A stretch of 63,949 nt of DNA, counting the filler, from Asterionella formosa (taxonomy: Eukaryota): the NCBI GenBank assembly GCA_002256025.1. It is 14 parts of 14 records of this genome, joined end to end, with 100 filler letters (N's around TTAATTAATTAA, not from the genome) between each part and the next. Parts side by side here need not be neighbours in the genome. Positions count along the whole stretch, not along the records: positions 23,026 to 45,950 come from NKIB01002588.1; 13 more parts are not named here. One strand, written 5' to 3'. Below the pieces are notes generated by a model, which was not told where the DNA came from, did no database searches, and worked only from the letters and a program-made list of their open reading frames with translations. Every line of letters begins with the position of its first letter. Position 1 is the stretch's first letter. This document shows positions 23,026 to 34,329 of this stretch, in pieces. Position numbers and translations under genes: made by a program.

Positions 23026-24209
23026 TGGACAAATAAGATTGATTTATGATGGTGCAGTGGTTGAATTTCCCAAGAGGTTACAACAATATACGACTAATCT
23101 GAGTTGAAAATTCAACCAAAAGAAGAGGAAAAATTCAACCGCCAATGCAACCGGGTTGAAATTCTTGGAGGTCAGTACCGGTACCTAATTTTACCACGGT
23201 AAAATGTTGTCAATACTGTCAAGGTACCATCATGTCCCGAGTAGGACAATACCAGGGGTCTACAGAAAAATACAACTTGGGTTGAATTTTACCAATAACA
23301 GGCGGGTACCAGGGTACCAGGGTACCACACTGGCGAGAACAAGAACAACAACAACAAATCATCGCTGATTTTTCCACAATCAACAATCGAGGATGATGAG
23401 TGGCGATCGACAGATGTTGTTATGTTCACAGATGTTGTTATGTTCTTGTTGTTGTTGTGTACCTGATAATACGTACTCGGAGTACATATTTACGGCACTA
23501 CCAACAGCAGCATCGCTCAAATTGCGGGAAAAACTAACTAATTACCAAATAGGAATCATAATATTTTATTTGTAAGAGTAGTCTAATAGAAATATTTTAC
23601 TTTTTTTATAATGGCTTTGTCATCCCATGTCACAGTAGATGGGTGGTTGAAAACATTTTGGATTTCTCAAAAACCGATTGCATCATTTTTGTGTCAGTTT
23701 GACCAAAACCAAAACCAATCCAAAAATAAGTTTTTGGGTTTTGGTTTGGGTCAACGGTTAGCAATGGCCTAAGGCCTAACTGCAGTTTCTTTCCAGAAAT
23801 GAGGTCCCTGCCATATCTGTAGATAGAACATACCCCTAAGTCGACCCATGACTGTATCTAAGCATATGCAAAGTGGTCGTATTGGTGAAAGCTAATTTTA
23901 CTTTTAACTTTTTTTTTACTTTTTCGTAATGTGTGGATAAATGTACATCATGAAATTATTTTGGGAAAAAACGGCCCTCGCAATGTGTAACTGCGGGGCC
24001 GCCACCTTAAATTGATCTCAGTACTTACCGGTTACGTATAAGAACAGCATTCGACTTGTGTCATACAATTCAAATATTCTTCATGAATGTATCATGTGTA
24101 TATTTTAGTTGGTATGAAGAATACCAAGGCATCGATATGTATGTATACGGTATTGCATTGTGCATATGAAATGTTTGACATGGAACCGTGCCCTGCTGCA
24201 TTATCTATG

Positions 24210-24233
24210 AACCCTAACCCTAACCCTAACCCT
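24210..24233. repeat. Interstitial telomere-type repeat (AACCCT)4
   Basis: AACCCT four times, i.e. TTAGGG-type repeats on the minus strand. Confidence 0.85.
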
Positions 24234-24925
24234 TCTAATATTTTACATTGGTGCACTACTGAAACTTGAATCCATAAATTGGCATTCAACTTGTGCTTCT
24301 TGAATTCAGTATACATAGACTGGCTGGTGTTCGATAGGCCCGTACCAGTGCTTTTGTTGAGGTTTGTGCCTAAATCCAACTGCTGCCATCCATTGAAATA
24401 TTGCAATGTAGATGATGAATCATCGAAGGCAAGGCATATGATGACTTGAACGACTAATGAAGATTTTATCAAAAAAACTCGTTCCTCTTGACATGGCTGC
24501 TTTGTCGTTGTTGCAAGAATCAGAGCGAAGACTGGAAAGGATGATGAGCCAAACCACATAACTCTAACTGGTACATTATCCTACCAAGAAATTTAAATAA
24601 AAGAACCTAAAAGAAACAATACATATAATAATTAAATTTCCATAGTCAAAAGGAACTATCTGTTGGTCTATACCGTACCTGGTACCTGGTACCCTGATGG
24701 TTCCCAGGAGATACCTGTAATTTAATAATTTCCTAAGCCGCGATGAATCTCTGCTTGTCTGACAGAACACTCCACAACCTCCTTGTTAATCAATCGATTC
24801 ATGTACCTTTCGTTCCTTCCTCAGCACTTCTGCACTTGGATTGTGGTGAATCATCCTGATCATAGCTTTCTTTCTTTGAAGAGCGCAAAGCGAGGCTGTT
24901 TTCTTGAGCAGCAATTAATAATTCC

Positions 24926-27900
24926 ATGCGGCAAGCAAACAAATCCTCAAATTCCGAGGCTCCACGAGCTTCATCGAGGCAAAATGGGATTTTTGAAGGC
25001 ATGTTTGCCGCGATGAATTCTCATGTCCAAAGTCTGTCTGGTGAAGTCGCAGAAGCGTGGGGGTCTCAAATGATTGGTTCCGGCGAGCCTCAGCCCCATC
25101 TCTCAATCTTGGGGTCTACCAACCCATCTGCAGATTGTGCCACGATATTGTGGCTGTTTCCCCACAAATTCACACAAGTCAACTCCCCAGAAGCGTTCTT
25201 GTTGCAAGAGAAAGAAAACTTATCAACTGGAACTATCATTATGTTGATTTTCTGCGGCGTTGATGCACCGCTGCAGTGGAGAAACGCTGTAGTAATTCTA
25301 GAAGACGTTGAGATTTCTGGGGCTATTAATCGTTGTCATCATAGGGCAGCGTCTGTGTTTCATCAAGAAAGTATTGAAATTTCGAGAAATCAATATGCCA
25401 CTCTTGCCGTAATTCGAATGACTGGCGGATCGAATTTGATATTGCTTGCTAATGCACTGATCAAATCGCAAGTTGGACGTGCAGCGCTGGCAGATTTTGT
25501 GACAAGTCGAGATTTAATAGAGTCAAACGAGCCTCGAGGATCGTCAGCTCTGCAAGAAGAGGCTTGGATGAACGAGATTGAGGAAGAATTCTCTTTTCGC
25601 CGTTTGGCGAAGAAGCCAGGTAAAAACACTAGCTTCGGAACAATACCTTCAGCACCATTTCCTACCCTGAAAGTGTCACTGCTGCGCAAGCACGGTTTTC
25701 TGCAACAAGATATTCCAATCAACTCGAAGAATTCCTTGATGTTTGAAACTGATCTTTTTGTTGGTAAAATGGTACTTTTGATGCAGCCGAGTGATCCCGA
25801 AGACGGCCTGCACAAACTATTCTCAAGTGACACCAACTCACACTTTATTTTACAGATTCAGGGCAAGTTCAAGTATGCACCTACCGGTACTGTGTTTGCT
25901 GGAGTCGAACTGACTTGTGACGAGTTGAAACCGGCTCTCGTTACCAAAGGACTATGTGGATTGCTGCTGAAATCCATAAAAAAGAAGCACCCAGATGTGC
26001 ATTCGTCGTATGGAGATGGGGTTGAGAAACCACACATCGTTGTTCCGGCATGGACCTTCTTTGACCGTATCGTCCGAACGAAACCTAGCGATCGACCTCC
26101 AAGCATTGAAGAACCCTTTTGTGAACCTTCCGGAAGCGTCAATGCCCGTCGAAACAGTGGCTCTAAAGGAGCGTGGAATAACATTGATACATATTCGTTC
26201 ACTATCTTTAGCTCCTTCTTGGACTTTCCGTCATGGCAAATGGTAAACGTGCCATATTTCCGAGAATCGTCGTTGCACAATTTTTGGGATGACTCCATGG
26301 TACGTTTGGTTCTATATGAGCAGAGAGACAGTGTTGAAAGTTCCGAGCAAGGATTGCACAAGCCAACTGGAAATTCATACCTGTTTAGTCTGCAACTTGA
26401 GCATATAATATCGGAAGCTGAGAATGAAATGAACGAGGAAGTTGATAAATGGGAAAGCAGCATTCGAACGATGGAAAATTTTGGTGAGTCGTTTCGCAGT
26501 GATATCAGCAGACAATCAATAAACCAGAACTTATCCGACGACGATGACATGTTTTTGGAAGGAGAAAGCGACACTTCTTACGTCAACGGAGACCAATGTC
26601 TCGTCAAGCCAGTCATTTCTTCACTACCGAGTAAGGATCTTTTGGCTGTGGTCAATTCGTTTTGTCCTGCTTGGTTTGATATGATAGCGAATGACAAGAA
26701 ATACACCAAGGTTTATGCCTTTCGTCATCCGAAGCAAGCGACCACGCTATTTCGCTCCCTACAGGAATTTCAACGGCACTTGGATGTAAAGGAAGCACTC
26801 AAGTACGTTAGTTCAGTTTGTTCTACTCGCATCTCGAATTCCGAATTGACTCGACGCGTGCTGGGTTACGCGTATTGTCAAGGTCAGACGAGTCATGCAC
26901 CTAAGGTTCGGCAGTTCACCACCACCAACAACAAAACAGAGGCTCAATTTCTTAGACGAGCAGAACCCGAGAATGGTTCAAACAAATTCAAGCAGAAAGT
27001 TCTCAAGTCTGGCTTTATTGCCAGAGCTCTTAGTGACCACCACTGGCGAGAGGAGTATGTCCTTCTACTTGACCATCATATTGCTTTCTTGCATCCAGAC
27101 AATCTGAAGCCCCACTTTCGTATCAATCTGAAGAGCGTTATCAAGGGGAAGAAGTTGAAACCTGAAGATGGCCCAGACATGCCTGGATACTTCTTCCTTG
27201 AATTGGATACAATCGGTCGAAGAATTTACCTCATGTTCCTGACAGAAAGAATGCGAGAAGAGTGGACGATGGCCATGAATGAGATTATCCTGAGATATCG
27301 AAAGACAGAAGGAACGTCTAACCGACTGGATGGAATTGAAAACCCAGTTGAGCAATTCATGCACAAAAGCTCCATGTGGACCTGCAATCAACGCATTCTA
27401 CTAAACTGTCGTCACTTTCCTTTTCGGTCCCTAAAAACTGCATTAGCTCCTTCAGAATTACTGGAGGAGGCGCTTCTCCTTGCATATGAGGCACAAGAGA
27501 CAAGTGACGAAAATGTCATGATTCATTTCCTTGATAAGGCTTCCGAACTAAAGAACGTTGATATTTATCACCTTCAAGGCATCGAACGCTTGGCATTTCT
27601 CTTGAATCTATACCATCTCATGGTAATTCATTCGTATCTATTATTGGGTCCCCCAGAGTCGAGTGCCACTTTCGTCAAAATGATGCATATGGTTTCCTAC
27701 GAAGTTTCCGATGACATCTTTAGTCTGGCAGAGTTGGAATTGAACATTATACGAGGCAGCGCAAGTTACCCTATCGAATTCGCCCCTCGGTTTGTTTTGC
27801 CAAAATCCAGGTATGGATTTGCGCTCGATAAAATGGATATTCGTGTCAACTTTGCTCTCAATTGTGGGTCCAAAAGTGCTCCAAAGACTGTTCCGATCTA

Positions 27901-28387
27901 CAAGGCCACGACCATAGAAATGCAGTTAGATGCGGCTGCTGTCAAATTCTTGGAAGTGGTCAATGTTGAATTGGATGAACACAGACTAATTGTAACTCTT
28001 CCTCGGTTGTTCCTGTGGTACTCTGAGGACTTCGGGCCTCCCTTTGACATGATGGTTAAGATAGCTCCATTCTTGAATGAGAGTAACCAAGATCAGCTGC
28101 GAATGGCTGGTTTCAATAAACGTATCGTTCTCATACACAATTCTTTCGATTTTCAATGCCGACCTTTGGATGTCGACGATACCCTTACCCAAAAATTTCG
28201 TCAATCTCAAGAGACGATGAATGTAGCAGCGAACACAATATTGGCGACAGTAGAAGTGAACGATGCTGCACCCGATGGTGGACTTGTCATGGAGCCTGAA
28301 ATCAGTGATAGCGATATACCACTAATTTTAGATCAGGACGAAGTGAGTTCTCATAGCCAAGAGGACTTCGTCGAAGCTTCGATGTAA
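24926..28387 (+). CDS. Multidomain protein: DUF1769-like + PH + DUF547
   Basis: 1153-aa ORF. DUF1769-like: INSKNSLMFETDLFVGKMVLL...FILQIQGKFK...VFAGVE. PH: VLKSGFIAR...WREEYVLL...IYLMFLTERMREEW. DUF547: RLAFLLNLYHLMVIH...SLAELELNIIRG...DIRVNFALNCGSKSAP...LFLWYSEDFG. Confidence 0.85.
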   Translation: MRQANKSSNSEAPRASSRQNGIFEGMFAAMNSHVQSLSGEVAEAWGSQMIGSGEPQPHLSILGSTNPSADCATILWLFPHKFTQVNSPEAFLLQEKENLSTGTIIMLIFCGVDAPLQWRNAVVILEDVEISGAINRCHHRAASVFHQESIEISRNQYATLAVIRMTGGSNLILLANALIKSQVGRAALADFVTSRDLIESNEPRGSSALQEEAWMNEIEEEFSFRRLAKKPGKNTSFGTIPSAPFPTLKVSLLRKHGFLQQDIPINSKNSLMFETDLFVGKMVLLMQPSDPEDGLHKLFSSDTNSHFILQIQGKFKYAPTGTVFAGVELTCDELKPALVTKGLCGLLLKSIKKKHPDVHSSYGDGVEKPHIVVPAWTFFDRIVRTKPSDRPPSIEEPFCEPSGSVNARRNSGSKGAWNNIDTYSFTIFSSFLDFPSWQMVNVPYFRESSLHNFWDDSMVRLVLYEQRDSVESSEQGLHKPTGNSYLFSLQLEHIISEAENEMNEEVDKWESSIRTMENFGESFRSDISRQSINQNLSDDDDMFLEGESDTSYVNGDQCLVKPVISSLPSKDLLAVVNSFCPAWFDMIANDKKYTKVYAFRHPKQATTLFRSLQEFQRHLDVKEALKYVSSVCSTRISNSELTRRVLGYAYCQGQTSHAPKVRQFTTTNNKTEAQFLRRAEPENGSNKFKQKVLKSGFIARALSDHHWREEYVLLLDHHIAFLHPDNLKPHFRINLKSVIKGKKLKPEDGPDMPGYFFLELDTIGRRIYLMFLTERMREEWTMAMNEIILRYRKTEGTSNRLDGIENPVEQFMHKSSMWTCNQRILLNCRHFPFRSLKTALAPSELLEEALLLAYEAQETSDENVMIHFLDKASELKNVDIYHLQGIERLAFLLNLYHLMVIHSYLLLGPPESSATFVKMMHMVSYEVSDDIFSLAELELNIIRGSASYPIEFAPRFVLPKSRYGFALDKMDIRVNFALNCGSKSAPKTVPIYKATTIEMQLDAAAVKFLEVVNVELDEHRLIVTLPRLFLWYSEDFGPPFDMMVKIAPFLNESNQDQLRMAGFNKRIVLIHNSFDFQCRPLDVDDTLTQKFRQSQETMNVAANTILATVEVNDAAPDGGLVMEPEISDSDIPLILDQDEVSSHSQEDFVEASM

Positions 28388-29002
28388 CGAAAAGCACATA
28401 CAATGAATGACTGTTTTTTTCGTGCATCATTCTAGGCCTAAGTACTAGCTAAGAGCGGACTTAGAGGTGACGAGCATGTAAATTTTTCGATATGTAGACT
28501 ACCGGTACCGGTTATCACAGAGACCAGACTTTATCTTCTGTCTTATTGCTAGTTTCTGTCAGAGAATTAATGAAATGTGGTCTCCTTGATACTAGCCTTC
28601 ACTATATTTTAACTTTTACTAGATTCTTTAGCGGCCGCAGTTAGGTGGGTGAATCTCTTTGAACCTCCAATCATCACCCCTCTATGCACACTCCTATATT
28701 GCAATTTCAACCTAGTATTGACTCTAAGTAGTCTAATGGTCGACAATTACTCCATACCAAAACGGTATATAATTGTTTTGATTTTCACTAAATTATTGGT
28801 ATACGACACCTGCCGGTAGACTATTATTAGTCCTGATATATGTACTACAGTACATGTGAGGCACCATAGGTACCAGGTACTAGGCGAAGTATCTAATGAG
28901 GCGTGGTAGTGCATTTATTGAATATATGAGCTCATAGTAGTTCGTGAGTCAATATGGCCCGCACAATGAAGATGACATCAAAGTATACCCCATCAATCAA
29001 TA

Positions 29003-29240
29003 GGGAAACGGCTTCATTGGTTGGCACACCTCATGAGGTGATGGGTTCGATTCCTGCATTCTCCACCTGTTTTTTCTTCTGTAGTCCCTAGGGTTCCAGG
29101 GGGTGAGACTGACCAAGAGACAGGTCCCATTGTACAGCACAGATGAAAAAAACCAGTACTTATTGTGTCCATTCAATTGGGCACAAGTCCGATAATTGGA
29201 TAGTAGCTTAAACATACTAAAAAAATTTAATTAAGATTTT
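29003..29240 (+). mobile_element. tRNA-headed SINE-like element, family B, copy 2
   Basis: GGGTTCGATTCCTGCATTCTCCACCTG is identical to copy 1 and the body is shared (TGTAGTCCCTAGGGTTC, ATTGTGTCCAT, ATTGGATAG). Direct repeat CCCCATCAATCAATAGG at 28988-29004 and 29245-29261. Confidence 0.88.
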
Positions 29241-29274
29241 ATACCCCCATCAATCAATAGGCATAAGTCGAGTT

Positions 29275-29496
29275 CAACTATAAAATTATTTAGTAAATTT
29301 TATAGTATGCTATTGCTGAAGAACTCGACATCGTGGAGGTTGTGAAGTTGCTCTTGGGCCCCTAGAGGGCCTTAGACCTGCTTGTTGTCTGCCACACACT
29401 CCAGAATCCTAGGGAATACATGAACAAAGCAGGTAGAGAATGTAGGAATAGAAGCCGTCACCTTGGAAGGTGATCTAACCAACTAAGCTATTCCCC
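29275..29496 (-). mobile_element. tRNA-headed SINE-like element, family B variant, copy 3 (different 3' half)
   Basis: The minus strand reads GGGGAATAGCTTAGTTGGTTAG...TTCTATTCCTACATTCTCTACCTGCTTTGTTCATGTATTCCCTAGGATTCTGG, matching copies 1 and 2 for about 120 nt. A weak flanking repeat is TAAGTCGAGT (29264) / TAAGTCAAGT (29500). The 3' boundary is uncertain. Confidence 0.72.
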
Positions 29497-30779
29497 TACT
29501 AAGTCAAGTATAGATATATACACTACTACTGGTATATCTGATAAGACCTGAACCCATCAATATCAGCAGAGGAGGTCTTCTCTGTATTTTGGGCAGACAA
29601 GCCATTACTACCAGAAGAGGAATCTCCACTCTGGTGATCATTGCCAACACTTTTTTTGAGCTTGACACATGCAACTTTGTCCTTAATGCTGCCGAATTTT
29701 TCTTCATCTTTTTGTTCTTCTCTGTAGCTTGGGCAAACAAGCCGTTGCTTCGCAGATACTCACTTTCTTGCCAGCTCATGGTGAGCGGAATGGGTCCTGA
29801 TAAAATCAAAGGGAAATTTTCAGAAAATCACTCCCTACAGAGTAATATATGCACACAATATCAATTAGCAAAAAATATAACATGAAATAATGCTCACGAC
29901 GCCATCCGAAAGAGCACGAAAGGGGTACTTTATGGACAAGAAAGAATAAATGAATGCAAGGGAGGATTCACATCATGTAGGGGATGATTGTGCCTTCGCA
30001 TTCAGGGATCCCAGTCAATGTAAAGTAAATGATGGACAATCAGTGATGTTGCCCTACGCAATGAATAACGATTTGTGAAGAATGGACGAGGTTGTGATAC
30101 ACTCGCATAGAAAGGATGAAGCCGAGCTTGAGTACAAACTTTCCAAAAGACCCTAAAAGGAGAAAGTTTTTTTACTGTCGTTTCACATGGCATCCTGAAT
30201 TGATCGGATGTTGCAAAAACAACTGCGTTGGAACTATTTATTGATCAATATTTTTGCAATGTTCAACTGAAACATTATTTTACAGAAATATGCATCAGTT
30301 AGTTCAATTTGTGGTAGGTGACAATAGAATCTAACTTCATGTTGTTGTGTAAACAAAACATGACTAGTTGACGATGAATTGCTTCTCTTTGTTAGTATGA
30401 TTAAGTCAACGAAACGGATTTACAAATGGAAAAATGAATGCAGAATCAGAACCAGCCGGAGTAAAAGGAAAGCAGGGGAAACCGGGCAACCAGTGCGAAA
30501 ACATTCAGAATTGGAGTATAAGGGAAGCGGAAATGAAAAAAACCATTGAGATGATGAAAGATTTGAAGAACATTCTGTAGCCACTCGAGATGTAGAAACA
30601 TAGAACTCATTTCTAAATAGAGTTGCAAAATTTCAATCCATTTCAACTATTTTGAACAGTAATTTTGATTAGAATTACTATCATGTTAAGATACTAGATA
30701 TACGATGAAAGTATACACATCATAGGATCATATTTAGCTAATTATATGGTGCAATGGTATTTTAAGTATGATGGTATGA

Positions 30780-30922
30780 TGATCATACTTAAAGTTTAGC
30801 TCAGTATGATTGCATGATCATATTTATTGTATAAATCGATCATGCTTTTAACCGAAAAACTATCATGTATGGAAAAATCCTGTGCCACTTAGCGTACGAT
30901 ACCCTTGATCTGCCTATATGCA
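30780..30922 (-). repeat. Dispersed repeat family D, copy 2
   Basis: AAAAATCCTGTGCCACTTAGC.TAC.ATACCCTTGATC is the reverse complement of about 22490-22531, with adjacent GATCAT-rich DNA. Confidence 0.8.
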
Positions 30923-31191
30923 TCATGATATGCAAGGTTTGCACTAATCAGAAAGATGAGCAATTATTTGAATTAGCCAGAAAATATAGCAGTCAGATGA
31001 AGTTTATTTGAGAGCTACTGACTATGTTCTTGAATGAATTGGTGAGAAAACCGAAGATATAATAGTGAAAGTGATCATGATAGTAGCTAAGTAGTAAGAT
31101 GATTAGCAGCACGTAATAATAATGATATATTAGATATGAGCAGTAGAGATTACTTTTTTCAAGCTGCGAATAATATATAATTAATCAAACT

Positions 31192-31322
31192 AGGGAATGT
31201 CTAAGTGGTTACTAATCACATTTCTTTTGATCTGAGGTTGTGTGGTTCAATACCAGCAATTTTTTGAGAAGCAATTGTTGGGTTCAGCTCCCACTTTCCT
31301 TAGTGTCCCACACGGCCTTGCC
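31192..31322 (+). mobile_element. SINE-like family A, copy 3 (5' fragment, ends at a TA microsatellite)
   Basis: AGGGAATG...TTTGATCTGAGGTTGTG.GGTTCAAT...TTTTTTGAGAAGCAATTGTTGGGTTC matches the family A head. A (TA)n run follows at 31323-31339. Confidence 0.8.
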
Positions 31323-31438
31323 TATATATATATATATATCATTATGGAGTACAGTATAGTCATTGTGAGTGGCTGGAGAAGAATGCTTCATAATTTCCAA
31401 TCCCAATGATTTTGAAACCATTAATTAAGAAAGGTATA

Positions 31439-31683
31439 GTTGTCATCACTCTGACAGGAAAAGGAGAATCATTCTGAGTTTAGAGAGAATAAAGCAAAGG
31501 AAGCAAGACTTGCTTACTTTTGCTTAGGGCTGCCCTTACCAGTCATTATCATTTGCTCTTTTTAAGCCATTGCCCACGTTTTGTCATTTCTGTGTTGGGA
31601 AGAATAAAATTAGCAAAAAAAACTACATCACTAAATTGTGATGCAGTGGATTTCAAAGAGTAAAAATTGATGACGTTTTTTAT
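31439..31683 (+). repeat. Dispersed repeat family C, copy 2
   Basis: Colinear with 5674-5923. Confidence 0.85.
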
Positions 31684-32114
31684 GTAGTTAGTATGAAGAA
31701 CATAACCGCCTGTCCTGCATCACCTTACAAGTATCAATTTCACGAAAATGAGAGCAGCTTGCAGTTCGACTAACAATGTCCAGTAACAAAATGTATTTGA
31801 TTCGTGGCCATCCACGTCGCAAAATTACGGAGGTGGTGATTGATTAGAGTCCCTGGTACCTGGTACCCTGGTACCAGGTACCAGGTACCTGATATCCTGG
31901 TACCTGGTACCATGGTACGTAATGCATACGATCGCTATACCGATATCTACAGTATGTAAGTGGTTGCTGCTGGTATGATGATCACAAAATCAAATTCCCA
32001 ATTCATATGCATACCATACTGGCATTTTGAAGTCGTACCACTTACACGTCGCACTGTAGACATAGGCATACCTACCGGTAGTGCCTATTGAAGTCTCCTT
32101 AGCAGTTTGGCCAC

Positions 32115-33780
32115 ATGTGCTCTACAATAAATACAGGAGAAGAGAAGTCCGAAGTGCCAGGCCACTCAAGCCTGTTAGCGAGAAGGAGAAAGCGAGACAA
32201 AGAAGGTAGTTATCTGCTTGAAAATGCTCCGAAGGACGCTGCCACATTCTCAACCACCAAACGACCCAAGGCTCAGTCAAAATCCAAGCGAAAGCACGGC
32301 AACGATGGTCCGAGTGGAGGTGTAGAAGCATTGATTCCATCTCTCATCGGGTTGTGCATTCTTGTTGGAGCTGTCATGGCCAAAATGGGCTTTCGTGGCC
32401 GAGCGAGTGTGGCGGGGATTGACTTGGGCACCACTAATTCCGTCATCTGTGTGCAAGCCCCAAGCAAAGGAGGTACGAGGAGGGGTGCAATCGTATGGGG
32501 TGGTAATTTTATTGCAACGTGACAGCATCTAACATCGTTTTTCTGCTTCAGTTGGTGTTATCGACTGCATACCTGATCCCACCACAAATTCATCGGTCAT
32601 CCCCTCCGTAGTCTCCTTTCTGGACGCGCCTCGCAAAACCAGCAAAAAAGAAACCTCAGCTCTGCTACCACACCCAGCAAGCGTCGTTGTTGGACAAGCC
32701 GCCAAGAAACGCATTGATTCTCATCCGCATCACACCTTCTATCACGCAAAACGCGTCTTGGGCCGACCTGTGCAGGATCCTGTTATTCAACAAATCAATC
32801 AGGAAGTCGCATTCGACATCACTACCAATGAAGACGACGGAGTTATATTCTCAGTTCCGCAGAGCGACCATTCAACCCTATCCATATCCCCTTCCCAAGT
32901 CGGATCGTACGTCGTCCACCACTTGATGCAAATCACCTCGACCTTCCTTGGTCATGCAAATGTCAGGTCGGCCGTCATATGTGTGCCTGCTAAATTCACA
33001 GCGGCCCAACGAGAAGCAACCGTCGAGGCCTTTCGGGGTGCTGGAGTTAAAGTGACACGTATATTAGAAGAACCAACGGCAGCAGCCCTGGCATATGGCT
33101 TGCATCAAAAGGAAGGAGTCGATTACATCTTGGTCTATGATTTTGGAGGCGGAACCTTGGATGTGTCCTTGTTGCATGTGACAGAAGGCTTTGCAGACGT
33201 CATGGGGTCTGATGGTGACGACCTTCTGGGAGGTGCCAATTTTGACGCTTCTATCGCCACATACTTAATGGAAGCATATGGGAGTGCTGTCATGGATGTC
33301 CAAAAAGCCCTTGGATTGCTTTCGTTGGAAGAAGATGGACTAGCGTGTGACATGATTGCTCCTCTTTGTACCCGATCATCCTTTCATACGATTGGAGAGC
33401 AATTGAAAATTAATCTGTCTGATTATCCTGATGGCCTTGGAGTTGTTCATGCTGATTGCTTGTATCCGACAAATACCAACCCGAAATCGTTGGCCGACTT
33501 TTGCAGTTCCTTGACACCTAGAAAACTCTCCCTCTCGTCTGAAACATTCGACCGCGCTGTGCAATCTCTCTACAATCGTTCGATAATACCTGTTAGACGA
33601 TTGTTGAAGGAATTGGATTTAGATCCCACTGATATTGATGAAGTGGTAATGGTTGGTGGGACTACAAGAATGCCTCAGATTCGAAAACTCGTAAAAGAAG
33701 AAATGAAGGTCGAATCGTTGAATACACATATTGACCCCGACTTGACTGTGGCGTATGGAGCAGCATCCGTTATTGATTAA
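32115..33780 (+). CDS. Hsp70-family protein, ATPase domain only, with N-terminal membrane anchor (HSPA13/STCH-like); exons 32115-32472 and 32552-33780
   Basis: Motifs GIDLGTTNS, IPSVVSF, AVICVPAKF, EEPTAAALAYG, YDFGGGTLDVS, VGGTTRMP and DPDLTVAYGAA, then a stop. The 79-nt intron 32473-32551 (GTACG...CTAAC...TTCAG) restores the frame. The hydrophobic LIPSLIGLCILVGAVMA precedes the domain. Confidence 0.9.
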
Positions 33781-34329
33781 ATATTGTCATTGCCAGAATT
33801 TTTAAACCTACATAGCAGAAGTCGTTGGATGTACAAAATCTTTGTGCCAGTGCACTATAGCATTTTTCCAAAGGCGTCATTTCTCAATCCATGAGTAGGT
33901 TGTGCACATGCATCATGAAAAGCTTGGTCTGGCAATACGCGGCGACCAATGCGGCTAGTGTCAGACAATCAAGGCACATGTAAAGACTATTGTTTCATTG
34001 TCTTTGCATGGCAAGGGCTATTTTCAGTACATGGTGAAACCCCGTTCCTTGGCTAGCTAATAATAATGTATTAGTTCCGGTTGTTTCACCTATATGATAC
34101 TCACAATTCAGAAATTTACTGCAACAAGCTTGAAGGAAAGTAAAGTCACAGCTGCGCCACCGTGGTGTGTATTTATGTTTTTTCATCCTCTAATCCAGAA
34201 GAAGACAAAGTACTGTGTTGTAGCCTAGCTCCTTCCGCGATATGATGCCCTCCCCTTCTCGTACACTCATACTCGTTCAATTATTTCCACAATGAAAATA
34301 GAGCATATGCGTCGCATGGTGTCAGGCCC

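Noticed and set aside
29504..30650. Short minus-strand ORFs between SINE B copy 3 and repeat D
   Set aside because: No recognisable motif; possibly decayed TE coding sequence, but unsupported.
22480..30922. Inverted family D copies as TIRs of an 8.4-kb element capturing the DUF547 gene
   Set aside because: A linker at 22926-23025 separates them; they are on different scaffolds.
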